Shown: positions 45,322 to 58,046, numbered from the stretch's first letter. The stretch: DNA of 64,000 nt from Nemertoderma westbladi (GCA_032718475.1 JAUCBJ010007765.1:29754-93753); one strand, 5' to 3'. A program made the numbers and translations. The notes: generated by a model from the sequence alone, not told the origin.

Positions 45322-47254
45322 TAAATTGGAGAGATACGCCTATTCCTACTATCGGAAAAGACGGTAACAATACCTGCAATATCCTACTGTAAAGTTTGTA
45401 AATCAAATCATAAATCCGACCTTCTCACCAAAACAGTAAACCCCAAGTAAGCGAATATATTGCAGTATCGATCTCTTTTAACCGGTGAGGCAGAAAACAG
45501 TCTACGAGCAGACAAACTTCGATAAAACAAAATCCCGCGCAGCGAATCCTAAAATCAGGCTGACTCACTGACGGACTAAGAGGCTCGTATACTTTGCCGC
45601 GGTGTGATTTATATGGTTGGGCAAAGGGACGCTAGCTAGGTACAGAGGCAGATATTTGGAGATGTCTAACTAGCGAGCAAAGTGCAGTAAGGACGAAAGT
45701 TAATTTTATATATTTTGAGGTGTAAATAATTTCTAACGCGCGTGTGTTAATTCTGAACGGTCAAAGCAGTTTTGCTCCTTCACATATATAATTACTGGGT
45801 ACGGTGTGCATTTTACGAATATTCTAATTTTATAACTTGTAGGTCCAATACTCACGAATGGTAAGGTTCCTTCCCCTCTTGCGTATTTCCAGGACTCAAA
45901 TTCAGGCATAAGGTTAATACTACGCCCAGAATTCGGCAATTTTAGGTACCAGGTCCCTGATACTAAGAAGAGATGTGTTAGTTTACTACTATAGGCGTAC
46001 GGGTACTAATAGCTATCCTGGCTCCTATCTAGAATTTTAGTCACCCAGGTAGTCCAGGTAACTTCCTATTAGGGCGTTGGCGGGGACACGGTAGATGTTA
46101 GTATATCCCTGATAGCCTCAATTTATTTGCGCCTAGCGTAAACTGCCCTACCGCCTGAACGGTACAATCCTAATTCAGGTGAAAACACAGCAACCCCCCT
46201 AGCCTACAAGTTCTGATGTAACGGACACCGTTGTACGGCAAATAGTCGCACACACACCTGTACTTAGCAAGAGTTAAGCGTACAGTTTGCTGCACCCTAA
46301 CCAATGTGTATGCCTTGTACCGGTGTGCCTACGTCCTATCTGCGTACTAGTATCTGCTCTCTCTCCCTCTCCCCCCCCGTAGGAATATGAAAGGTCTACT
46401 GCGGTTTTCCCTGAATCAAGACAGTACAGTCCCTATGATGTAATTTTGGGCTTACAGCGTGTCACTACGTCTACCTTTGATCTTTTGGTCTTACACTTAG
46501 GTAGCAAGGATCGAACGCTGTCTAACCTTTCAGGCGATGGGCGAATAACTTTAAGATGGTATTGCGGGTTGTCTCTCGTCTACATTCCCGTGACGTTCCC
46601 GTTCATTGCTGCGGCCCGATCTCTAGCCGGCCATCCTGTCCCTGAGTTTGTTCACCGTAGTGAAACCATAGTAAAACAGATAGAAAAGGGCTGAGATGTG
46701 ACTAGTATTTCTGACCTTTATTACAAAAGATATAATAACTATTATACAATAAACAATGTAATCTGAAATAAGACAGAAAGTGAATGATGGATTGAGAGTA
46801 GTGATTGATTAGATAACTAATGAACGAATCGCACCTTTATATACTAAATTTGTGCTGCAATCAATCGAGAAAATTCTCGATTGTTCTATGGGTTCTAACA
46901 AGGTTTTAAAGATAGCTTATTGGTCCAGCTAATATATAACTTGCACGACATTGGTTACAATCAAATAACTACAGCCTTATTGGTACAGACAAATGCAATT
47001 AATTTGTAGCGGTTAATTTAAATGAGTTGAAATTCTGCACAAAAAATAATTCGCACTTACTAGGATTCGAACTCGATACCTACTACACATATAATTTCCA
47101 ACGCTCTACCAACTGAGCTACTGAACCACTTGACCGATAGATACACAATAGATAGAACCAATACTAATGAGAACTCAAAGCAATCTTTACAAAGTTAATT
47201 CGAATAAAATAAAATTTTGAAAATCCACGGCATTTAGGGAATATAATTCTATAC
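45322..47254 (-). repeat. 5' LTR (1933 bp)
   Basis: direct repeat of 28722-30635. Confidence 0.95.
47041..47127 (-). ncRNA. tRNA-derived Pol III unit in the 5' LTR
   Basis: same A box, B box and T6 as 30422-30508. Confidence 0.7.
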
Positions 47255-47529
47255 TTAATTTTATTTTATTTTATGATTGAATACAGCCAGCGGGCGTCAA
47301 ACCTGAAGTGAAATTAAAAAATTACGGCAATAAAGTTACAATAGTTTGCAAATCATTTTATTGACTCCAATAAATTGACTTGAAATTAAGGCTTATAAGC
47401 GTGAGGTTATATTTGCTGATCAGTGATTTCATTTCCAATGTCAGTTTTCAAATTTGACGGCGTTGCATCTGCCTGTAAGGAAATGAGTAAACTAAAAATT
47501 TCGGGAATATCTCAATGTTTAGGATGTGC

Positions 47530-47725
47530 AAGGTTTTGTTTACCAATGCAAACTATAATAGATGGAACTTCGCAATTTTCGCGAAAGTAAAACATTTCTA
47601 AATAAGTAAGAAAATGGATAATTAATTGAAAAAATACTTTAACATTTTTCTAGAATAAAATGTATTAGTTCTAGAGAAAAAAGTATTTTTAAATATAATA
47701 GCTAACATGTTCTATAGTATATAGA
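47530..47725. repeat. diverged relative of the 4020-4220 segment of the satellite-bearing element, without an array
   Basis: gtttaccaat..ctata.atggaacttcgc, aagtaagaaaat, tattagttctagagaaaaaa and ctaacatgttctata occur in the same order. Confidence 0.6.
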
Positions 47726-47758
47726 CCATGGCCTACTATACTATATTTATACGGCATA

Positions 47759-48542
47759 CAGGTCACTTGAAGTGGCCTCTTAAAAAGAGGCCAGTTGTTT
47801 TTGTAATATTTAGATATTTTGATATGGGAGAATTCTATAAATTTTCGTTTGCTGCAATTTGGTCAACGGTCGTAATTGAAGTCTCTTCGTTAATAAAATT
47901 GATTGATTTTAAACACGTTTTGGAACGATTCCAAGTGTTTTAAATTGAATCCAGATTTTTTTCAAAAAAATGTTCTCGGACAAAAAATATTTGTTCTAGA
48001 ACATAATTGTTTTTTTAAATGAATAGCTAACATGTTCTGTGTTATACCTAGTCATGTAAAGAGTTCTTACATTAACCGCTTGATGTCGCATGACAACCAT
48101 AGTTACTAGCTTAACCAATGAATGAAACTAACTAACTTCTGTGTGATTCAAATATATATATTGAAGTATAGTTTAGAATGAATATTATAATGTATTATCA
48201 TCGAATAGACATTATCTTCATTACATACAATACAACATTCTGGAACATTTTCTATACAAATACTGGCTACATTACAACATTGGCTTCTATACAATAACTA
48301 GCTACTACAAAATATTTACAGAGGGAAGTAGGATGTCGGAACCAGTGTCGAAATTACTAGCTAAACCTACCTAAATCACTAGCTACCATAAAATTTAGTA
48401 TCTTGCCTAACGAAGAGACTTCAATTACGACCGTTGACCAAATTGCAGCAAAAGAAAATTTAAGAACTCTCCCCATATCAAAATATCTAAATATTGTAAA
48501 AAAAAACTGGCCTCTTTTTAAGAGGTCACTTCAAGTGACCTG
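47759..48542. mobile_element. MITE with ~135-bp TIRs (Tc1/mariner-pogo-like CAGG ends)
   Basis: caggtcacttgaagtggcctc...gtctcttcgtta is inverted at 48408-48542; TA on the left, TT on the right. Confidence 0.8.
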
Positions 48543-49144
48543 TTAGTTGGTAAGCTGTCTGTTTATGTTGTTAAGCGGCTCTCTAGTTACGTAATAAATA
48601 TTCGTGAACTCTAAATTATTGTAACATTGAGTAAGGCAGCGTCAGGAGTTGAAGAGTTAAATAATATGAATAGCAGTAACTATGGAAGCAATATAGTAAA
48701 TTACTACAGTTTAATTTATTTTGTAACACTATCGTTCTATTGTTTATTAAAGAATTGAGCAACAAAAAGTACCAATTTAAGAATAAAATTGCGTATTACA
48801 TGGGAAAAAACACGTAGAACATTTTTTTTCAATATTCTCTCGACCCTGACGCTGACGCTCGGTAAATAAAGTGCCCGAGAATAATGAAAAAATAGTTCTA
48901 CTTTATTCCCATGTAATAAAATATTTTGAAATTTTTAAAAAGTTTTTAAAGTTTCAGAACACAATGTTTATCTTCCATGGGGTCAGAGTAAATCGCGGAT
49001 CCGGATTCTACATTTAACATTATCCCTACGGAAGTCGATTTTTTTTACATTTTTATAACTCCCAAAAATAAAACTATAACCTGTTCTATTGACTTTAGTT
49101 TATTGTTTTGGTTAAAATAACGTGCCACTGTAACGTGCAAAAAT

Positions 49145-49400
49145 ATGATAACTGTGATAACTGTTGGATAGCCTGTAAAAATTTGATAACTGTTGGATAG
49201 TCTGTGCAAAAATAGGACTGTTGGATAAGTCTGTGCAAAAATTGGATAACTGCTGGATAGTCTGTGCAAAAATAGGATAACTGCTGGATAGCCTGTGCAA
49301 AAATTTGGTAACTGTTTGATATAGTCTGGTCAAAAATTGGATAACTGTTGGGAAAAATAGGATTACTGTTGGATAGTCTGGTCAAAAATTGGATAGCATG
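49145..49400. repeat. ~29-bp minisatellite
   Basis: recurring gataactgttggatagtctgtgcaaaaattg. Confidence 0.85.
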
Positions 49401-49534
49401 TAATAACCGGTGGTTGACAACCGTCAAGTAAATATTACAGTACTATCCAATGGATAATGTGTTTTTTCATTTTTTGGGCAATTGAAAACTCACAAACAAA
49501 TTCAAACATCGTATATGTGTATTTTTGTTTTCAG

Positions 49535-49852
49535 GTAGTTGATTTGGAAACGCGCGCAACTTCTCTAGAAGAGATCCGCCAGCGGTCAACTCGAGAACTG
49601 CAAAATCTTCTTAATCAACAGCAATCGTTAGCCGCTAGATGGCGCGAGGAAAGTAAATCACAATCGGCGGTGACGGAAACCAAGGTTGCTGAACTAAAGA
49701 ACGAAATAATTGGTTATAAATCCCGAATATCGGAATTAACGGACCTGCTAAACGACCTCAGAAATAAACGCCCGACTAAACAACTACAAACTGTCGACAA
49801 TAAACTAACCAATAGCGGTTTAATATCGGACTCTAACAAACTATTATTATAA
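49535..49852 (+). CDS. SCLT1: terminal exon of a sodium channel and clathrin linker 1-like coiled-coil protein
   Basis: tttttgttttcag acceptor, phase 0; ELQNLLNQQQSLAARWREESKSQSAVTETKVAELKNE resembles the SCLT1 C-terminus (ELRHLL..QQK.ANRWKEE.K) as recalled from memory; TAA stop. Confidence 0.65.
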   Translation, partial: VVDLETRATSLEEIRQRSTRELQNLLNQQQSLAARWREESKSQSAVTETKVAELKNEIIGYKSRISELTDLLNDLRNKRPTKQLQTVDNKLTNSGLISDSNKLLL

Positions 49853-50169
49853 TTGGTTTTATTTTACAGTATTTGTTTATTAAATTATTAATAATAAGTG
49901 GCTTTTGTTCAGGAATGTTGAATAATGTTTTGGTAGTACGTCGTTAGGGGTTGAACCAGCGCGTTTCGGCCTTTCCGGTTCCCGAACTCCGCGATATTAA
50001 CTGGAATTATGACAAGTTACATATTAATTAATATACAGTAAGTATGCAGACAGACACCGCCCCCGCATCCCATCGCGCCTAAGTAACGTACGCAAGTATC
50101 CGCAAGGTGGCGTATGAGTTTGTTAGTTTATCAGTGCATCATTCCCCTTTCGACAGTTGCCACCATTTT

Positions 50170-50455
50170 GGGGCAACCTAACACTCTATGGTTCTTTTCG
50201 GGGAATCTCATTGATCTCGATTGCTGCAAAGCTATACAATAGGATTCTATTAAATCGCATCAGGGATCCCATTGAGAGACTGCTACGTGGAAATCAGAAT
50301 GGGTTCCGTAAAGGTCGTGGGACCATGGAGCCCATTTTGGCACTTAGAAGGATAATTGAAGAGTTATCAAAAAAGAAAGACAGGCATCTGGCTGTTATCT
50401 TTGTTGACTTCTTCAAGGCCTTTGATTCAGTCTCTCGCTCACGTATATTCACGTA
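50170..50455 (+). mobile_element. RTE-clade RT fragment (third copy of the family)
   Basis: GNLTLYGSFRGISLISIAAKLYNRILLNRIR..NQNGFRKGR..IFVDFFKAFDSVSR; nearly identical to the reverse complement of 11170-11430. Confidence 0.9.
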
Positions 50456-51920
50456 TAGTCAAATTTCAAATATAATTATTTCGGTAGCTCAGCGCTATCA
50501 TTATCGCAGCCTACGGACGCGGCGACGCGTATAAGCCCAAACAACACACCGGTCGGGGTTCAGACTGCCACCTCCTGAGTCCCGTCACACGTTGCGTTCG
50601 TTCTTTTTTTGACCAAACTTGAGATTCTTTCTAAACTTTTGCCGGACTACATACAGTACGTACCAAGTTTCGTTTAATTTCATCAAGGAATAACCGAGTT
50701 AATAGCGATCATAAATTTGCGACGACGACAGACAACTCGTTAATGGTACCCATAAGCTAAGGCTTCGCTCACTTCGTGGCTCGCCCCACAACATTAAACT
50801 TTAATTAGATTAGATACAGTATAAATTTATAGTACCGCGCGGTACCTGTTAATAATTTTCACTAATATTCGAAATACTATAGTACCATGCCTAAAATATT
50901 CAATTGAGCATCCATAAAATCCTTTCTTCACATACCGAACGCTGATAAGTTGACGTAATGTAACAAAATTACATACATCATTGCTTGCAAAGATCACTTT
51001 TTAGCGTTAAAGTCCCTTGTTTATTTATGTAAACCTCCCTCGCTTCGCTCGCTCGGTACATAAATAAACTCGCGTCATAACGCTGCAAAGTGCTACTTTG
51101 CACACAATGATGTAAATAGTTATTACGGCCCTCGTTCGATTATTCCCCTCGCCATATACAGTAGAAACATTAAAGTGCGAAATGTATACGAAATGGCGAA
51201 ATGTATAGATTCTTCAGATGGATTTGAACCTGCGCCGCCAATCATTAAACAGTTCAGGCGCTGTATCCACTCGGATACTTCGACTGGTATCGCATATTTT
51301 TGGAGATTATTCTAAACAATACAAAATTTTATTATGCAAAGGATGGATGAGTATATGGTTTGGTAAATTCTGGTTACATCCCTGCAAACAATTTAACGTT
51401 ATATTAATAATGCATTAAAATACGTTATTTTCTGACAATGCCAGCGTTAAATATTAACGTAAAAAATACATATAAATAACGTTAGTTTGGCCGCCCTTTT
51501 AACGTTACAAATTAACGCAGATTAACATTCATTTTAAACGGTAGTGATTTGGGTCGTCAAAATATATTGTATGTTTAACGTTAAAAAATTACAAACAACT
51601 GATAGTGATAAAAACAACTGTAATAATTAACGCTTAATTAACGTTAATTAACGATTAATGCAATTAACGATTAACGAAAATTAATTAACGTTAAATGACA
51701 TATAAACAATATGACAATAAATGACATATTCCAGACAATTTCTATTCTCTGGCTATATGTCTAAACTTACATCTTGATGGTCAGACTGGTAGACAGTGAT
51801 AACTCGAAAACTAAAAATGAACTCGCTTAAAGCGCCTACTGTACCACCTAAAAAGGCATTATCATATTAAATAGTTAGGGTCGGTTGGGTTTGCCTCAGG
51901 AGACACTATTGGAATTAATA

Positions 51921-52607
51921 ACACGTTCGTGGGACCTTCGCGCAGCACGAGGCCCAGTTATGAGATACAAATTAAAATCGAGCGACTGTATCACAAAATC
52001 AGTTTTTAACTTTATAAATTAGTTAAATTTAGAAATTTAACCACATCGCCAATCAATCAAAGAAAGAGGGACAGTACGTGTTCAGTCCTTTTAATTTGCA
52101 CCCCCCCCCCCCCCCCCCCCCACCCTTCCCACCCACCAATACATAACCGCGACATCTACCACCCACGGAAGGGTAGCACGAACTTATTTCCAATCGCACG
52201 TTCAATATGCGAAGCCAGGTGGTTTATAGGAATATAATCAACGCAGTGCTAAATACAGTCGATGCAGTAATGAATGATATTCAAATAATTTATTTAATAT
52301 ACTGTTAATGCCTCTGAAAACTTAGACAATTAAAATACACAGAAATCCCATCAAAAAATAATATGCCTAATATTTTGAGAAATAAACAATTTTGGATATA
52401 AGCCTTCTGCAGTGGTAATGTTATTGACTGACAATCATTAAATGAGATCTGTCTATTACCTGAGACTAAAGAACACAGACTCTATAGTGTAATAGGAGGT
52501 AGGGAATGCAGGTTTCAATCTCGTTAGGTCTAGCTGGCCAATCTCTCTACCAGCCGTGTGGCTAGTTACATACCCCCCCTCCACTGGCATTCCCAGCAAC
52601 TGGCTGC
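51921..52607. repeat. ~685-bp direct repeat, copy 1
   Basis: near-identical to 55008-55690. Confidence 0.92.
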
Positions 52608-55007
52608 CTTACACACACATCCTTCCCATCTATGTACCAGCCAACTTGCATGTTGGCCAATAAATGAGCAGTATTTAATGAGAATCAATTTGTTGTGCCG
52701 TTTTAATTACTTTAGATCAACTAAAGACACAATTATTAAAGCAAATCACTTGAACTAATTAAAAACTATAATAGAATGGGGTATGTGGATTACATCTGTA
52801 TAATTTTTAAGTATAATTATTGAAGTCTTATACTGTAAAACAATTAATTTCTGTAAAAGCTTTTGCGGAATTAGCCGGTTATTTTCCCCGCAAAGTACTC
52901 TGTAGTTGGTTTAACGGGCATAAAAAGCCGTTTCCTTACTGTACTGGTGTTTTAGTGGACATAAAAAGCCATTTCTTCTGTATGTGTACTTTAGCGGACA
53001 TAACTAGCAATTCTATGTCGCAATACGCTAAATCCTCTTGAAACAGTGTAGTTACTATGACGACAGCTAACAGCTGATCTGTACACGTGTAGCTTTTTCC
53101 TTGTTCTCTGGTGTTTCTTTGTTCGGTCAACCAATCAGAGCGATTTTCCTGCTTTTTGTACAGAAACCTCCGGGAAATCGCGCAATGCATTATGGGTCAA
53201 TGTTTACCTTTTTCCTGAGCCCAGAAGACCGGCTTTGGAATCTCTGTGTTTTCAGGCTTTAGCCCAACATTAGTAGGCTTAATTATAGAACGTATATCTG
53301 TTATCTTAACTTAACAAATCAATCATAACTCACTCACCTAATCATATTGTCAACTACAAACACCGCATTTTTACTGCTATTTACTGTCGGTTATTCATTA
53401 TATCAGTTGATGGAATATTATTATATTTGGAATATCGATAAATAATTACAAAACCCTCAATCTTTTTGATATACTGAAGGTAAGAGAGACCGGTTACATA
53501 TAACGATTGCGACTTACATTAAAGTGGTTTTGAAGTAAATTTAATGCTATTTCATAGGCACTACATGAGTCGGTTGTTGTTCTCTTTATATGTGACTAAA
53601 ATTAGTGAAGGTCGGCAGATCGGTGTGCAGTATTGTGCAGTAGTGTGTATGATTGTGACTGATAACAAAGCATCTCCTAAAGAATGCGCTACGTGAATCC
53701 ATAGCTATCCCGTTGTGTCTAGTTTAAGTCATAACTCTGTTTACATATTTAGAGCGCCACGTCCTAAAGGAACTGTTAATATTTCCCGAAAGTGAATAAT
53801 ATTTGTCAGAGATTATATATTACGATCAGTCGAATAATACAGTAGGCCTACACCGCAATAAGGTTAGGCTTCCGAATCTAGTCTCCCGGGTATATCCAGC
53901 GGGTGAATGGTCGCGCATAGACTGGCTTCGGCTAATGTAGTGTATCAAATACTCGTCATAGGCTAAAGTCGATTTATTATCTAGAAGACATCCAAATTTG
54001 GCAGGTTAAACTGCTAAAGGTCTGAAAGCGCGAACAATTTCCTTTAACAGGCAGGTTGAAAGTGCTGTTTTTACCGTAATCAATTTACAGTACAGGCCAC
54101 CAGAAAACGCAGATTTGTACAATTGTGAACACATTTTATCAAATGTGTACCAGTGTAATGTAATGTTGTTGAACGGGACAATTGAACATAATTGAACATA
54201 ATTGAATTGGCAACAACCAAAATTTTTTCGCCAAAGGATACAATTGAATACTTTTGAAACGCTTAGTAATCTGGAAACTCTCTGTAGTTTGCCGCTAACT
54301 GTCACTCACTGCAGCTGGAAATGCGATAAGGATATCGTTTACCTTTATAGTGTGCGGTTAATAGTGTCTAGTAGGCAGGCCTATAGTTAGTGATGTTAAG
54401 GCATCTTCTGGTGTTTCTCTGTGCCTCTCGGTGTCAGACTAATGGCGCGACATCTCCCTGCACTAAATTAATTATTCAATGGTCTAGGCTCCTCCATCCA
54501 TATACCCATACACTCCATGAACATTAACAGTGTGCGGTTAGTAGTGTCTATATACACTCCATGAACCTCCATGTGGTCTTGTATGTAGTTCTCTCTCTAC
54601 CAATACAGCCCATGTCCGCAATGTTACGCCCTGGGGGCTCTCTCATCTACCTGATATCAGACATACAGCTGCGCACCGCACACAAAGCCTTTGTCGGTCC
54701 CAGCAAGTTAGCCTCCTGCTGTGTGATCTAGAAGATAACTCGCCATAACCTGCCAATCAGATGACTTGAACAAATGTGTTCACATGTGATCACATTGGAT
54801 GAAATCTGCTTTTTCTGGTGGCCTGTACTGTAATTAACTAATTAACTGCTATTATCTTAGCTTCTCGAAGGCCACACGAAAATTAAACTTGGAAAATTTC
54901 TAAACTTTTGCCAAACAACATGTGTACCAAGTTTGGATAGATTTCATCGAAGTTTGGCCGAGTTATTAACGTTTAAAATTGAACACTGCAAAAAAAGCAA
55001 CAGCACG

Positions 55008-55690
55008 ACACGTTCGCGGGCCTTCGCGCAGCACGACGCCCAGTTATGAGATACAAATTAAAATCGAGCGACTGTATCACAAAATCAGTATTTAACTTTA
55101 TAAATTAGTAAAATTTAGAAATTTAACCACATCGCCAATCAATCAAAGAAAGAGGGACAGTACGTGTTCAGCCCTTTTAATCTGCACCCCCCCCCCCCCC
55201 CCCACCCTTCCCACCCACCAATACATAACCGCGACATCTACCACCCACGGAAGGGTAGAACGAACTTATTTCCAATCGCACGTTCAATATGCGAAGCCAG
55301 GTGGTTTATAGGAATATAATCAACGCAGTACTAAATACAGTCGATGCAGTAATGAATGATATTCAAATAATTTATTTAATATACTGTTAATGCCTCTGAA
55401 AACTTAGACAATTAAAATACACAGAAATCCCATCAAAAAATAATAAGCCTAATATTTTGAGAAATAAACAATTTTGGATATAAGCCTTCTGCAGTGGTAA
55501 TGTTATTGACTGACAATCATTAAATGAGATCTGTCTATTACCTGAGACTAAAGAACACAGACTCTATAGTGTAATAGGAGGTAGGGAATGCAGGTTTCAA
55601 TCTCGTTAGGTCTAGCTGGCCAATCTCTCTACCAGCCGTGTGGCTAGTTACATACCCCCCCCTCCACTGGCATTCCCAGCAACTGGCTGC
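55008..55690. repeat. ~685-bp direct repeat, copy 2
   Basis: near-identical to 51921-52607. Confidence 0.92.
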
Positions 55691-56922
55691 AATATGCAAA
55701 CCGGGCTCCATGTCATTTGTTACGGATTATTTAGAAAAACGCTGGTCTTTGACTCGGCGAATAAGTCACACTTGGAATTGTCCATAAACACTATATTTAA
55801 ACTTTTGAACGGTAGTTTGTTTTTTCAGTGTAGTACACATGATCGCAAATGAACAACACATTCTTGAATGTGTCATCATGAATGTGATACATTTAGTGTA
55901 ATTCAGATGGTTAGGTCAGGATAATAACTCAACCAGCTACTCTAGACAGGAAAAAAATATGACGCCGTATTCACAAAGTTTGTTTACTACTTACAGTATT
56001 TCAACAATACAACAGAGAGACCACAGGTGAGTCAACAGAGCGAACCAATGAGAGTCAAATAAGAGACAACTATTGAGTCAACCGAAAGGATATGTGTTTC
56101 AGTATTTTGTAAATGCATGTGGTAGTCAATACTGTAACTCTTTGTAACCGTAATTGGGTCCACGGCCCAAAGTAAGTCGTTCGTCACCTCCAATAATATC
56201 GCATTCGTACAAAGTTAGTTTCTAAATTAGTTTTTTCGTCTCCTGAACATTTCGTCGCCAAAACCATTTTGTTTTTATCGATATATAATCTTCAATAAAA
56301 TTATTTAATAAAAGTCAAAACGTTATGACAATAAAGTTGGAATTGTCAATAAAATGTATGCCCTGGCTATACTGTACGCTTGGTACTGGTACACAGATGC
56401 TGACGAGTAAGGAAAATATTTAAAAAAATTACACTCGTATCACAAAAATTTAACAAAATACGAAATGAACGTAGTCATCGGATGGTCAGCTAGACATAGC
56501 CAATGTTATCCATTGATGAATCAGTTAAGTGATTCACTAATCATCGTTAAGATCTGATGTATTTTAATGCTAAATTAACGTTAATAATGAACGTTAATAA
56601 TGAACGTTAAAAATTAACGTTAAAAAATTTGGAAATGTCAGATCTCTGTTGATTTTTAACGTATAATAACTGTAAAAATTAACGTTAAAAATTAACATTA
56701 AAGTAACGTTAAAAAATATGGTATTGTCTGATATTTGTCTATTTTTGACGTATAATTACTGTAAAAAATTAACGTTAAAAATTTACAGAATTCTAACGTA
56801 TTTTAACGTAGGTTTATGGTTAAATTCTAACTGTCATTTTTTAACGAATGTCTAACATAAACCCAACGTTAGATTAACGTTGGTGGTTTGCAGGGATGTA
56901 TTACGATTAAAGACGATCACTA

Positions 56923-57620
56923 CCCTGTAAACAATTTAACGTTAATAATGCATTAATATACGTTATTTTCTGACAATGCCAACGTTAATTATTAACGTTA
57001 ATAATACATATAAATAACGTTAGTTTGGCCGCCCTTTTAACGTTAAAAATTAACGCAAATTAACGTTAATTTTAAACGGTAGGTATTTTGATCGTCAAAA
57101 TATATTGTATGTTTAACGTTAAAAAATGACATATTACTGACAATCAGTTTGGATCGTCAAAATATATTGTATGTTTAACGTTAAAAAATGACATATTACT
57201 GACAATCAGTTTGGATCGTCAAAATATATTGTATGTTTAACGTTAAAAAATGACATATTACTGACAATCAGTTTGGATCGTCAAAATATATTGTATGTTT
57301 AACGTTAAAAAATGACATATTACTGACAATCAGTTTGGATCGTCAAAATATATTGTATTTAATGTTAAAAAATTACAAACAACTGACAGTGATAAAAACA
57401 TAATTATAATAATTAACGCTTAATTACCTTAACGTTAATTAACGTCAAATAATCACATATTCCAGACAATTGCTATTATCTTATCTGGCTCTGTCTAAAT
57501 TTACATCTTGACGGTCAGACCGGTAGACAGTGATAACTCGAAACAACCTAAGAAGGCATTCTCATATTAAACAGTTAGGGTAGGGTGGGTTGACCTCAGG
57601 TGACTAATGGAATTAATAAC
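56923..57620. mobile_element. second copy of the left arm of the EnSpm-like element, with an internal 60-bp tandem expansion (~57090-57370)
   Basis: ccctgtaaacaatttaacg... collinear with 51380-51922; right end not identified. Confidence 0.75.
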
Positions 57621-58046
57621 AATAGTTTAATTACAAGCTTTCTCTCATCGGAGCTACTTCTGGTAATTATTGAAAATGCATACAACAGATCTCGCCAAGC
57701 CATTTCCAGATGTGAAATCCTCATTAAATTCTGATGACAAAAAACCGCAAGTCTTGTTGACTTACGGTTTTTTGCATAAATTTAAGTAGTTGCGGTCTTT
57801 TGTATTGCACTTACTCTGCTGAAACTCAGCTCGAATCTATGATCCTCTCGGTTTATTGTCGCCGTGGTTGCATTAAAAATAGCATTCAGAGAAATTCCAA
57901 ATACTATTGTATTTGTTAGCATCAAAATGTGTTGTTATGATTAATATTGATATTAGTAATGATAGATAATCTATATGTCAATGTCAATGTCCAGCATTCG
58001 ACGCCACATTTGATCAAGCAAAAATCTAACATTTTTTATGTTCTTC

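Larger units (their letters stand above)
28722..47254 (-). mobile_element. full-length 18.5-kb BEL/Pao LTR retrotransposon with an extra ORF
   Basis: two ~1.9-kb direct repeats flank gag-pol in BEL/Pao order (DUF1759, triple Cys-His, PR, RT, RH, IN) and a downstream accessory ORF. Confidence 0.95.
51380..56895. mobile_element. non-autonomous CACTA/EnSpm-like TIR element with nested insertions
   Basis: CCCTGCAAAC...GTTTGCAGGG termini flanked by AT; dense subterminal (tt)aacgtt repeats at both ends. Confidence 0.65.

Noticed and set aside
51217-51280. Minus-strand tRNA-like A/B boxes
   Set aside because: Too degenerate; at most an old SINE-head remnant
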